Assembly: GCA_002633005.1 (NCBI GenBank)
Contig: NMRA01000039.1
Location: 303,225-367,224 of the forward strand
DNA from: Phoronis australis
Taxonomy: Eukaryota; Animalia; Phoronida
Length of the DNA: 64,000 bases
Direction of reading: 5' to 3'
Shown: piece after piece, positions 13,201-27,000 of the stretch
Numbering within the stretch: the first letter of the stretch is position 1
How the letters are laid out: each line of letters begins with the position of its first letter
The notes under the pieces: model-generated
Told to the model about the DNA's origin: nothing
The model's input: the letters and a program-made list of their open reading frames with translations, nothing else
Databases searched by the model: none
Position numbers and translations under genes: made by a program

Positions 13201-15091
13201 ACAGCTACGTGGCACAAATGAATAACCTTCTAAAAGACTCCGGCAAATTTGTTGATTTCTTCAATTGTATGAACAGACTATGAGAATGCTTCTGGCTAAA
13301 TTATGCAAAGCCTAAACAATTACTCAGAGAAATCCTGCTTGCATAGAGTGTGCATGTTTGTAAGTCATGATCAGAGTGTACATGTTTCAAAAGACTTAAT
13401 ATACATTTTTTTATTATCGCTGGTTTAGCTCAGTCATGATGCCTGTTTTTCAGGAGAGTTTGACGAGATCAGGCAAAGTGATGCGAGATCATATACTATG
13501 TACTGGTATTTTCTATTACACTCGCAACCTTGCTACGATACAAGAGGTTTTCCCTCATGACCAACAATGATTAGCAACAAAGTTAGCAAGGTTGCAAAAG
13601 CCAATCTGCAAATAGAATTTTACCGACTAAATTCTCATACTTTTGTAGATAATAGACTAAGTGCCGCAGACTTGTTAATAAGGCCTACATAACTTTACTC
13701 ATAATATGTTTTCCCATTTCAGGGACATTTTCATAAACAAAGTAAGAAACAACGGTCTTCAATATGCATTACGGCGTTTTCCCGTTGCTCTCAACTTGTT
13801 CGATTCTATAGCCCAACAACATGTCGGGAAGTTCACCCCTGCAGCCAATATCTTACACGACTGATTAACTCCATTCTGGCATTTATGGTTGTAGGGCCTG
13901 CTCTCTTTTGTTTGATAATTGCTCTAATCTCCAATCAGATCCTATCTAGCCTGACTGGGCTGTGCTGCTAAAAACGAAAGTTAAGTTATAACATATTTGA
14001 ACATAAACCAATAGCATTTCTGAATTTCTAATTGTCAAATGTTGATCATGTTTAGTTTTTGAATCGCCAAAATAGCCCAACTACAACAGAAGTTAAGACA
14101 CTCCATTTTGCCACGTTTCAGTAACCCGTTGAAGCCTGGGAGATAATTGGCCTGCTTGTTATCATACGAGACAAAATACTGAGCTGGGCAGTTAACAAAA
14201 GAGCCAGATGTTATCGCACGTTCAGCACCCCTCACGTCTGGAAAAGTTACTGAATGGCAGAATGCCATCATGACTGGGCACAAGACCTTTGCTGAAATGA
14301 GCACCGCACCTAAGACGTTTCCCGGTACCATAGGTCAGCAAAACACAAGGAAAGTCAGGCATGAGGTCACAGAAACGCTCACCATTTGGCTTGTCAGGGA
14401 AGTTTTCAGCCAACTGTTTGCACGTTCTTGCTGGCGACTCTTTAGTACCAGTTGGCTTCTCAGAGACTTCCAACATAATACTGAGCTTGGTTCCAGCATC
14501 AAGATTGTCCTGTGGGAAAAAACACGGGTAACCTATCAAGTAAATTTCAAAAAAATAACCGAAAAGGAAAGAATTAGAAGACTCCTTTATCCCTTCCTAG
14601 AGATGGAGTCCGTTGAGAAAAACAGCTTGGTATTCCCTAACAATTTTCTTCTGAGTTTAAAAATATGAATCCCAATGGAAAACTGTTTCCTCAGACTTTT
14701 TCAAAGTGTGTTTCACTGCAAAGCACACTTTCAAATGTGTTATTCTGCCAAAAAACTGGGGTCCCCTCAAAATGTCTTTGTCTTGTCCCCAAAAGGGTCA
14801 ACCCAGTCTTCTTAAATTTTCTCTCGTCTACATGTTTTACTTCGTACTTCTTTTGTCTGCCCCCTGACCAGTGCCTATGCCAATCGCCTAGGTTCAACTT
14901 TGACACTTGCAAATACTGTGTCAGCTTACGTACCAAATGGCACCGGTCAGCAAGGCTTTAAAAAGAGATCAATGCAGCTTGCATTAAAAAGAGCACCAGA
15001 GACAGAAAGCAGGACCAGTCCTAACCTCTAGAAATAAATAACCCAAAGTACTTACAAACCATTCTTGGTCGCTCACGTTAGGATCATCACC
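10244..15091 (-). CDS. Collagen C-propeptide (COLFI/NC1) exons: 15091-15056, 14509-14383, 13145-13042, 12570-12499, 11796-11578, 10390-10244
   Basis: Spliced peptide [18 protein letters not shown]...SPARTCKQL...G/DYWINP...[14 protein letters not shown]../..[29 protein letters not shown]...ITYHCRNS...EDGCQ/...KTVFE...[13 protein letters not shown]...[11 protein letters not shown] carries the hallmark fibrillar-collagen motifs. Confidence 0.95.
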
Positions 15092-18000
15092 CTGAAAATA
15101 GCAACGGAATATTAATCAAGTACCAAAACGGTTGGATCAACTTCTCAAGGATTCGTGTAGGCCAACATCATGAATGTCATTGGCATCAAAACTCACCAGT
15201 AGCTACAAGAATTTCACAACCGTAAAATTAAAAATGTCCCCAAGATGACTGTCGAATTAATGCTTCTTGTCCCTGCCGTAATTATTATTTGAAAGGAAAA
15301 CCCAAAAAATTTCTAGTTTAAACTCTACGTTTTCAATTTGTGCCTGAAGCATCAGATTTTTTTTCGGCAGCCAAATTTCCATAATGTTTTCTTCAAAATC
15401 AAGTGTTTTTCACTGCATTTCAGACTTTTGTTGCATCGCACATGGAAATTCTGCACTCAGCTGGTCGTACCTTCTCCATTTCTCAACAGAATGTGCAAAA
15501 ATTTCAGCACAGAAATTTCCCCTCATTCTTCTGCACCACAGGATGTGCAGATTGTTATGTTGAAATTCAATTTCTATACAATTACAAGTCATTGAGAGTG
15601 TGCAATAGCCAATATTTACCCTGAAGCCACGGCTGAAATAGGGGTTAGGTCCTTTGAAACTTCCACCACCATATGCCACTTGAGCTGGTGCACGGAATGC
15701 ACAACCAGAACCAGGCTGACCCTAAGCAAAATAAGAGTCCAAATCACTTGGTATTCATACAATGTACATGCAGTCAAAGTCACATTCTCTTAGCTATGAA
15801 TCCTCATTGGATTCAAATTCATCAAAGGACTAGTGTAAAAAATCCCATGCACTATGTTAGGATTGCATTGTGGGAAATCTTCTATTCCCAGCAGAATGGA
15901 ACCAGAATGAATCTCACATTTCCAGAATGAAAAATATATTGCACAGATCTCAAGTAAGACATGTTCATGCAATGGCATTACATGTGCCATTTGGACCACT
16001 GTCTGCACACTCGCGTACAACATTCCGAGACAAAAAGTCGTGACAAGATACTTGTCTACAAAGTCCAACAGTTGTACAATGTACAAAAAATCCAGTGCGT
16101 AGACAGGGCTAAAAGGGCAGCCATCAATCCATGCCTTGTGTTAGAAACTGACTCGATTTAGGCCACTTAAAGCCATGATTACAAAAACAGTCTCATCCGG
16201 TTTCTTTATTCAGATTAGAAATGGTTTCTGGACATGAGAATAATGTTATTGCTATATAACGTGCCCACTAAGTGGCTTGTCATGACAGGTTCGCTTTGAC
16301 CACTATCACAGTAGGCACATCACTTATCATAAGCAAAATGCACTCGACATGAAGACACTAAGTGACAGATGACGTTTCTAACACCAGGGGTCTCTGTTTC
16401 GTGAAAAGTTAGTTAAGACTTAAGTAAGAAATTTGTTCAAACACTCCACATAACTATTTCTGACAAATGATCAAAACTCGTTGTAGCAAACCAAGGAAGT
16501 ATCGAGAATGTACCCCTAACTGCTAGTTACTCAGACATAATCTGTTTAAATTATTTCCAATCGGCTTTTAGGTGCTAAAAATCACAATGTAAAAAATTAT
16601 CCCGTCATTATCAAGTGGAAACGCAAGACCGTATTAATGTCTATTAGTCTTAAGTCACTTTTCCTGAAACGAAGCCCAGAGTATTGTTTATAGCAGCAGG
16701 CGACTTACAGGTGGACCTTGGCGTCCAGGTGCACCAGGGGATCCATCACGACCATCGTCACCTTGTTCACCAGGCATACCCTGTAATGACAAGTGTGTCA
16801 GCGTTAGCGGCAACCATGTATACATATCGATAGGAACTGCTAGAACTCAACAAAACTATCAGTGGAAAATGTCAAAAAAACTCAGTGTGGCGAAAAGTTG
16901 TTGCAGAAACTAAAGGAAATTAGAAACTGGTTACTGGAGGGATAGAGCACCTACCATTTTTGCAAATTAACTGACTATTTGATCAGAGTATAGGAGATAT
17001 TAAAGTTTCAGAACAGAACTGAAACTAAATACCAAAAAAAAATGAAACTCATAGGAAGTACATCTGAAATCTACAACCATATCATGTTATGTTATAATGA
17101 TGCACTTCTGGTGAGCTTTTCTTGACTCTCGCAAAGCCTTTGATGCATCCCTCATTGTAATACATGCGTGCCTCAAAGATTGTCGAATAATCCATTGAGA
17201 AAGGCTTACCATTGTACCCATTGGTCCGGGTGGACCACGCGTTCCACTGGTTCCTCTCGATCCACGACTGCCAGCAGGACCCTGGAATTAAACGTGAACA
17301 CAAGGATATATTATAGCACACTCAATAAATAGTTGATTACTCTGAAGAAGGGATCTTCTATCCAGTGGCTTATCCCTATCCATGTTTAATTTTTGGTGCA
17401 CTACGTCAACACAAGACAGTCACGAGAGAAGTAAGAGCAATCACGTGCTCCGTTCACTGGATCTTGCTTTTCTGAAAAAATTATACAGCCCAGCTACCCT
17501 GACAGGTTACACAGTTGTCTCCAAGAATAAAATAATGAAGTATGACTTTTAAATAGAATGATTAATTGTGAAAAGGTGAACGTCAGATTGGTCTGTTGAA
17601 GCCCCTCTTGAGACAGTGTGACAATGAACAGTGGCTCAATGACAGCAAAGATAAATTACATGTTGACGTGATGTAGAATACTAAAAAATGTCCAACGTCC
17701 AAGTTTATAGAACTTGGAAACATAATATCTCACAAATTGCTGGCCGGATTTACACAAAAGTTACACATACTATGATTGATGCACAGTTCTTCAAAAACTC
17801 TCAGAAATTGTAATTACAATGTTCCACTTTTGCAGCAAGGGGTATAAAAATGCAGGACTTTCTAAGTATTAAGTAAAATAAAAACGAAATAGTAATGTTA
17901 AAAACAGTAACTGCTTTTGAGATTCCATCTTGAACACTTATATTGACCAAAATTCACTCATTACGGGAGATTTGTGATTACCACAACCTGGAAAAATTAT

Positions 18001-21000
18001 TTACTATTAATAATAATATATTAGCTTTTATAGGATTCGATAATGTTTCTAATATTTTTAATGTACTTGACTAGATTTCATATTGCTGTACAACTATGTA
18101 CTGGTTGGGAGATTAATAAATGCCTTACCTCAGAAGAAAAAACAAAACTCAGTCATATTATTGATACTACAGTTTTGCTTTAGATATTTTTTTGCTAAAT
18201 TTTATTAAAAGACGTGTAATTAATAGCAAGATTGGAAGGAAATCAAATTCTAAACACTTTCTACTCTCACAAAAATATGCTTTTACTCAATTGAAACTCA
18301 TAGTTTCGTGCTACACACACAGACTAGTCAATAAGTTTCCACACAACCTCGATTGGTTAAAAGTAAAAAAATTAACTTGTCTCTGACACGATAGACTATC
18401 TTAGAATTGTTGGTGTAGTTGTAGTTGAAGATGTTAGAATCAGTTTGTGTGACAGAAGATTCAACTAAGGGGAAATGGCCAAAGATTTCATCTTATACAT
18501 AACACTACACGTGCTTGACGGCATGATGCCTTCATGGCCTGCAGAGAAAGGATTCATATTTAATGGCAATCACAGTTTGGGACATCTCAAAATTTTGAAA
18601 ATGTCCCGGGGAAGTCTTGACTGGCACAACATTTCTGTGCTTTTTGCATGTACAAGTCAACTTTGTTTTTGTCACATATAAGAGACATATATGCAAGTAA
18701 TAACAATCAATTTCATAATTTTGGTTAAATTGTAAAAAACGAACCACCACATAATAACTGAACACCCGACACAACACTAACAGACAAGTCTACGTGACTC
18801 AGCAAGGTTGTCCTGTTTTGTCACGAAATTCTCAAAATGTCACAAAATGTCAAAGAATTTCAGGTCAACAAGTTGTGTCACAGAATTCCACAATGTCACA
18901 GGGAATCAACTAATTCTGATTTCTCTACTTACCCGGGGCCCTGGCTTGCCAAGTGGTCCTTCGGGGCCGCGTTCTCCCTGTCCACCCTGAATGTGAAGAA
19001 AAAGATGAACTGCATATAGAATATTCTGAGGATAAACCACAATCAAGTAGTTATTTTAAAAAATCAGAGCACAAGTATTGAACTCTGTAACATCAGAAAA
19101 CACACACTTGTTTAAATAGTGGCAAATGACTGCAAGGCACATCATTGGCTTATCAAACTGTTACAGGTACTATTCAGGTGAGACTACTGTTTCATGGTGC
19201 GTTAAAACAGTGTTGAAAAGGCTCAGAGGACAGACGGCCAATTGAAGCAATTTTGCCAATGAGCTGGTATGGATCCTGTGGGAGACCAGGGGGTCGAATG
19301 CCCCCTGCTCAGATGCGTCTGTACCGATGTGGCGTAGGAATATAAAGGACCACCCAATAGTGAGGCCATTTACCGGAGGTCCAGGAGGTCCAGATAACCC
19401 AGGAGATCCTGTGAACCCTTTGTCTCCTGCAGGGCCAGCAACGCCTCGTTCTCCAGGTGCGCCTGTTTCACCAGTTGGACCCTATGACATACAAGATTCT
19501 CAAACTACAATTTGGCAATACTGAAGACATTTGTTTACAGTCCACGATCATCAACAGATTCAAACTGAACACAACTCATAAATAGATGGTCATCTTCGAG
19601 AACTTTAAAACAAAAGTTAAATCATTTTTACCAAAAGTTTTACTGGTCATACAAATCCCTGACTGTCTTAATGACTTAATACAATATTTCCTTGAAATGA
19701 ACTATGCCAAAAACAATAGAAGCGTCATAAACGATCCAGCAACACCTTAATTGCTACACTCGCTATCATAAGGACAACATCGACTCAATAGAGCACAGTG
19801 ACTTCAATGATTCAAATGATTGCCGAAAACAAGCGTTAACTTCTGAAAATTCCGCATTGTTTGTTGAACATCCGGCAGTTCATTGTTATTCTTGGCTAAC
19901 ATGGATTAGAGGAGTGATAAATGCATACGTTTCCATGGTTACCAGAAAAATCAATGTCGTGCATGTAGAAACAATACCGACGACATTTATTGAATCTTTT
20001 TTAAAGTTGCTAGACGTGACTTTGGCAAAAAATGGCTCAAGTTCAAAGGATACATTTTTTATATTATACATCTAAAAAGCCATGAACTTTGAACTAGATA
20101 GAGAAATCCTCAAAGCCGAGTGTCCTTGCATTTTCCAACAACTAGTTCAGAATTTTAATTGGTGTAACCGGAAAGCCTCTTAAACTGGCAATCAAATGGC
20201 TATGACCTCAGCTTGTTTGTGGAATACATTCAAACATTGTCAATTCCGAACAATTCAAAACTATCCAAAAATGGTAAAAAAGGGGAACAGCAACCATAAT
20301 AGATTGGAAATTTCTAAGCTGCAAAATTTTAAAACCATTTCTTGTTAAAACGCTGTTTTCATTCAACCTAAATTAAGTGAAAGTCATCGCCCTCTAATTC
20401 TTACCGGTGCCCCCACACGTCCCTCTGGACCCTCCGGTCCTGCAACACCCCTGTCACCCTGGAAACAAAATAACAAGTCAAATAATTGTTGGATTCCGTT
20501 TTCTCTGAATAATTATTTAGTGCATGGTGTAACATACTGCTAATATTCCAACCTGCATATATGTGAAGTTGTGCCTAACAAAATTGAGCACATGCGACTG
20601 CATGTGAAACACAAGCACACTTATTTGTTCCCAAGTGTTGTACTCAATCACGCACTAACTATGAAATGAAATATTTTATGAGAATGACTATCACACACAC
20701 CAGGATTAGCTGGCACACAACATGTATTATCATTCATCGCATGGGCCTCCATTATAAAGTAGACATTTATTACACTATAGTTGAGAATACAATTATTTAA
20801 CAGTGCAAAATGAACATTATAGTTTCACGTGGCATAGCATAGGTAGTGCAAGTCATGACAAACTATGCAAAAAGGTCATTAAGTATAGCATAGTTTAGAG
20901 CTATGTAATATTGCATAGTTTTGAACAAAAGGCCAACTAGTCACAAAGTAAGAGAACTGTACACGTCAAACAAATAGACGAATACATCACAGGCAGTAAA

Positions 21001-24000
21001 TTACACTGGTGTTAAACCATGCAATCGCGTTTCACAATTCACGTTCACATACAGTTGTAGCAAATGCTTAACTTGCCTTATCACCAGCAGGACCGGCAGG
21101 ACCGGCTCGTCCCTCGGGTCCTTGTTGGCCTTGTCTTCCAGTCAATCCCTGAGGCCCTGGGGCTCCAGCTGAACCCTGGGGGCCTCTCTCACCAGGCTCA
21201 CCGGTACGTCCCATAGCGCCTTCGGTGCCTTGAGGTCCCTGCAAAAACAGCCACACACAAAGCATTGATATGTGTCCACTGTGTGCATAGCATACAAAAC
21301 AAATACAAGATATGGTGATCATTAAACTTCCACTAGAGGAAGCATCAGGAACATATCTGTCACCTTTCATTATGATTCCTCAAGCAGCTTGATGGATAGG
21401 GAGGCGGATGATGAAGACCTTGCCAAAAACAGCAAGGAGGCCACTAAGAGATGCAGCATAGGCTAAGTTCGTCAGGTGTCGTCGTCTTCATCATAATAGC
21501 TTATTTGTCAAATTTCATATAGGAACTTGGCAGATACCAAGGCAAATGCAAAATAAAACAAAATCGTAGCAACAGTTACAAAGGCATTTATCAACTTCAA
21601 CTAATAAAAAAATAATCAAAATTAATATTTTCAAGCCAACTGGAATGTCTGAATGATTCTTTATGCTTTTAATCATTGAGCCCAGAACCCGTATCTATCC
21701 TCCTTACAGTGTATGGAGAATCATGTGATAATGTGTAGTGTAGCTTACATCCTGTCCAGTGCTCCCAGGTTCACCAGGCGGACCAGGCAGACCAGGTTGA
21801 CCGTCTTTTCCGGGGTCTCCAGGCTCACCTCGCAGCCCCATTACACCAGGGCCGCCCTAAAACAGACGTTTTTAATGTTAGCACTTGTACCGAGATGACC
21901 GTTAGAATTGAGTCATTTTGAATGATACAAAAAATGAGATGCTCCTGCAAGGGCGAACATTTTAAAAGAATAAAGTACCTGAAAATGATATCTTCATTAA
22001 TGTTAGTATCAGGTTTTACTGTCGATATGTTTTACAAGAACATAATAACATATAACAGCATAGATTGCTAAATTGCAAACTATATAAATTAGATAAAAAC
22101 AAAAGTGTCACTTTTATTAAGAACTGATTGTCTTCTAGTCCATCTTGAACAAATATTTGACTTTCCTGATTTCCTACCTGCCACTAGATAAGAAAGGACT
22201 TTAGATAATATGAGTGAGTACCCTCATTTCGCTTTGCTTTGATAAATACGTCCACTGAGCCAAACTTCATACCCATTAACCTTTCCAACAAAACTCAATA
22301 CAGCAATTAAATTAAACTCAGTTATGAATTTCTGATGCTGCATTCGTGAAAGAACTGCCACAGGTGGATGAGGCAGAAGAATAGTTTTATGAACTTTTAA
22401 AATTTTATGAAGAGTGAAAAAACAGTGCGTACAGGAAAATGAAATGTCTGGTCTAGTAACACCTCTCATGTGCGAGACCTAGTCTAGGCTTTGAACAGGT
22501 GAAAACTCACCCTTGCACCAGCGGGACCAGTAGGTCCTGGAGCACCTGGTCCACCAAGCTGTCCAGGGGGGCCCTGGGCTCCAGATGGCCCCATAGGGCC
22601 AGTTGCGCCAGGTCGTCCCTGGAAAACAGTGTAGCTGTTTGAACAACAAGAATGTGGTAAAACATTAATGGCTCATACCAACGCCATCTTTGAAAATCAT
22701 TGTCAGTTTCGCTTTTGTTGGAACATTTGTTTTGATCCTTCAAACACAGAATTCCAAATTCGTTCAAGCTATCTCGAATTTAAGCCAGCGATCATGTTTG
22801 CGGGAATTGCTGAATGCTAAAATTTGTTATAGAGCAAATAAATGAAAGGTTCCAACATCAGAAAGATTATAAGCCTCAGCTGTACTAAGGCATGTATTAT
22901 CTTATTATGGCACTTCACTTTGGATTTACCATTTTTGATTGGTCAGTAGACAAACACATTATCAACTAACCGTAATCACACAAGAGCCAAGTTGGCACAA
23001 TAAAAAACCAACGTAATAAAGAAATCAATGCTTTTCTGTGAAAAAAGTGTTTATTTAATTTGTGAACTACTATCGATAATTAAACATAATTGGTAAGTAT
23101 AAATCTTTAAAAAACTGAGTGTACGGTACGAATTGTGCTGAGTCATGGTTGCACTGAAATCTCGGTAGATCACGTCAAATTGCCCAAGTTTTAAGTTTTC
23201 CTTTAAATGCCTATGTATTAGTAATGTTTGATCGTCATCTATGCCACGCAGCAGGTGAAACAAGACAACACGTGGAACAAGACAACAAGTCCACAGAATC
23301 TACCTACATCTCTGCCCTTTTCTCCAGGCTCCCCTGTGAAACCCTGCGGACCTTGCGGACCCTGCTGACCCTGATCACCAGGAGATCCAGGATTACCTCT
23401 TTCGCCCACGATTCCCTAATGAGGATAAGACGAGAAACGATAACTATATAATTACACTTATAGTTGACTATGTAAGATGGTGATAGACTCTTTCACTGTT
23501 TTTAATGCTACAAAGGTGGAACAATCCCAGGACTGTCGTCTATTTGTATTGCACAAAATGTTTTAGAATTAATATAGGCATCTATAACTGCAAAAATAAG
23601 AAGCACATGAATGGAGCGGCTAAGGTCCTGATAGTTTCAAGTAAACAGCCAACAAAATACATGCAAGAGGACATCATACCGCTTCTCCTGGCAAGCCTCG
23701 CTCCCCATCTGGTCCGGCAGCTCCTTGTGGTCCCTGCTGACCCTGTCGTCCCGGAGTTCCTGGAAGTCCTGGTTGGCCATCATTGCCATCTTTACCTGGC
23801 GCACCTTCATCCCCAGGCGCTCCACGAGCACCTTGTGGACCCTATGAAAGAACGGTGCCTTTAAACTCATTGGTCAAATGCGTGTTACCATAAATCACTA
23901 TGACAACATCGCAATTATTCTTCCATATACTATGACGCTGATACGTGAAATTTTTATTAACTAAGAAAAATATTACGTCTGATTAAAAGTCAGATTAAAA

Positions 24001-27000
24001 CAAGCCTCCACAAAGGTATCCTGTATTTGACGAGGTCTTATGACTAATTAGCACATATCATTATTATGCAAAATGCGACTGGCATGTGCAACTACTGAGT
24101 CATCTTGTAGTAAGAATGCCCTCCGATATACAGCAGACCATAAGAAGGTAAATCAAACATCTAACGACTATACAGGTGTGAATTATTTCTCAGACGCCGA
24201 TACACAAACTCGATTCGATTTGTTAAATTGCACACACTTTTTGTTCAGCATAAACTTAAATATTGTAATGTAGGTTAGAGGCCTGATTACAGAATTTCAC
24301 CAAGCATGTAGTCGGATTCCTACAGTACACTGTAGTCATAATTCAGGGATTCCACAGACATGTTTAGTTTGAAATTTGTGGTTGCACTTTCCCCCCTCCC
24401 CATTCACAACACAATAGATCCACCATTGAAGTGGCTGCCGCTGAAATGACTGGTCAGTTAGGCTAAAATGATGTATTGGTTAGATAATCCAAGGTATTTG
24501 CTGCTCTGTGTTAAAAGCGCATTACAGGTTTACGGATGAAAAATGTATTTTGGGATTTTTTCTGGATAGGATAAACTTCTTGAAGATATTGTCTTTGTCC
24601 AAGGTTTTTGTGATTTTATTGCAAACTGCCAATTCTCGTAGTTGTCTGGCAAACATTTGATGAAACCAAGGCCGATGTATTTAGCATTAGACTTAAAATA
24701 CACTGCGACTTAGCGCAGGCTATATCCAAGCTAATAGTTTTGAATCCATGTTACTTCTAATTTGGGTAAAAGTGCTTTTCTAGCCGAGAGGGTCCCCTAA
24801 ACTTACACAAACCCATTGAAACTGTGACACGACCTCATCATTCACCTTCTGAACGCCTTCAAGAGGAACCAGTAGAAAATGGAATCAGGTTCAATGGCAA
24901 CACATAATTTGTCAAATCACAAAATTTTCAAAGAGTGATAAGCAGGGCTTGGAATGACCAATGACAAGAAACGCGGAAACTTTGAAACTTTTACGGCCCA
25001 AATCATGCCCGATAACCAGCCTTGAAATGGGCGATGTGAACCTTTCCCCGACAAAAATCGGGAGGACTAAAAAAAAAAAAATAAAAAATAAAAAACGTTA
25101 CCACCATCAGTAGCATGTATCTGCGTCCTTTTAGCTCGCCTGTCCACTCCCAACCCACACATTTTTGGCTGCAGGGCGGTAGTATTTGTCACCGCGCTTA
25201 ACAATAACACGAGACGCCATTGAAAATCCCACCACGCTGTCCCAGATGCCCCGGCAATGTTGACAATTTACGTTCCTCCGAAACATAAAGAGCAACTTCC
25301 GCTTTTCGAGGTGAACGTCGTTTGCAACGCCGCGGTAAGAAAGGAATGCCGTGGAAATTTTATATCAAATCCGATTTTTTTACGCGGAAATATTATAAAA
25401 AAAGCGGAAAGCACATTTGAAAAAAGCGGAAATCCGCGTTTCCGCGGAAAATTCCAAGCCCTGGAGAAGAAAGTCTCAATTGTCACAACTATTTTCAGTC
25501 ACATCAACTTTGTTTTTGCCACAAATGCGAGACACAATATTTGTCAGTGATAATGATAAATTTCATAATTTTACAATAATTGTGGAAAAGGAATCACAAC
25601 TTGATGCAGCATAAAATAACAGTAAATAAACCAACAGAACACCAACTGCCTATTTGTCACAGAATTCTTAAAATGCAACGAAACATCACAGAATTTCAGA
25701 CAAGCAAGTTCTGTCACTAAAGTCGCCACATCATAGTGACTTCGTTCTCTGCACAAGTGACTACTGTACCGGAGCTCCTTGTGGACCAACTTCACCCGGT
25801 AAGCCCGCATCTCCTTTTTCTCCAGGATCTCCTCGGCTGCCTGGGCTACCTGGTCGTCCAGGACTTCCATCTGCACCCTAAAGCAAAATCAACAAGGTCT
25901 ACCACTATTTGTGTTGCATGACAAAATGTTCAATGCTGAATGAACATAAAAATGACTAATACAAGATTAAGGTTAAGTAGAACCCTAGAAAAATGTCCAA
26001 ATATGACTAAATTTGAAACATTAAACTCAAAAAATGGCTGATCGAATCCATATAAAGCATTCGAATTCTTTGATTAATGCATGGTTCTCCAAAATGCAGT
26101 CAGAAATTATTTTGAAAATATTCCACTTTTGTGTGAGGGGTCACTCAAACATAGGACGTTTATCAGTTATGAACTTACAGGAAGATTCCAGCTAAGAATT
26201 TACGAAAAGAGGTCAACAGAAATTTCTGTCAAATGCCATGATGAAGTTCTAGTGAAACTGACCTGTGCTAGTAAGGTATCAAGACTGAGTTCAATAACCA
26301 CTAGGTTGATACGTTTGCCCACTGCTAGTGAGTTTCGACACAAGACGAGGATCTTTAGCGGGGCCATTTACCTCCTGAGTGGAAGGTTGCTGCAAGACAC
26401 AGTATTCAACAATTGCTATGTCAGTCTAGCAACATTTACAGCAAATCTGACAAACCTTCTCTCCAGGATCACCCGGTACGCCTATTAGACCAACACTTCC
26501 TTGGGGTCCTTGTGCGCCTGCTCGTCCTGGTTCCCCAGGGGTCCCCTGGTCACCCTTCTCTCCAGGTTCACCCGTATCTCCCTGCTCACCAGGCAATCCC
26601 TGCGGACCTTCAGCACCCTGTAAAGAACAAACGATCACCTTCTTTAAAAAAGAACGCTGACAATCATAGGGCACCATCCCTCAAAGTATTGTTATGAACC
26701 AGAGCTGGTTCATCCACACATTCCAGTACTGAACAACCAGAAGAAATTGCTCACTCCGTCAAATGTCTGATGTGAAGAATCACATTGAATTAATTTCATT
26801 TTTATCAACTGGAAATGTTTAAAACAGCTTCAAGTACTACGATCTTGTTCGCCAAAACTGATAAAAAATGCTGTCAAAAAAACTCAAACATTCCAGAGGT
26901 AACAGATCACCTGGGGCAGCGTTTCATAGATGCAAGGATAGTGAATCCAAAATCAAGATTGTGCAAAAGAAGTTTACTAACAAAATGGCAGCCAATAACA

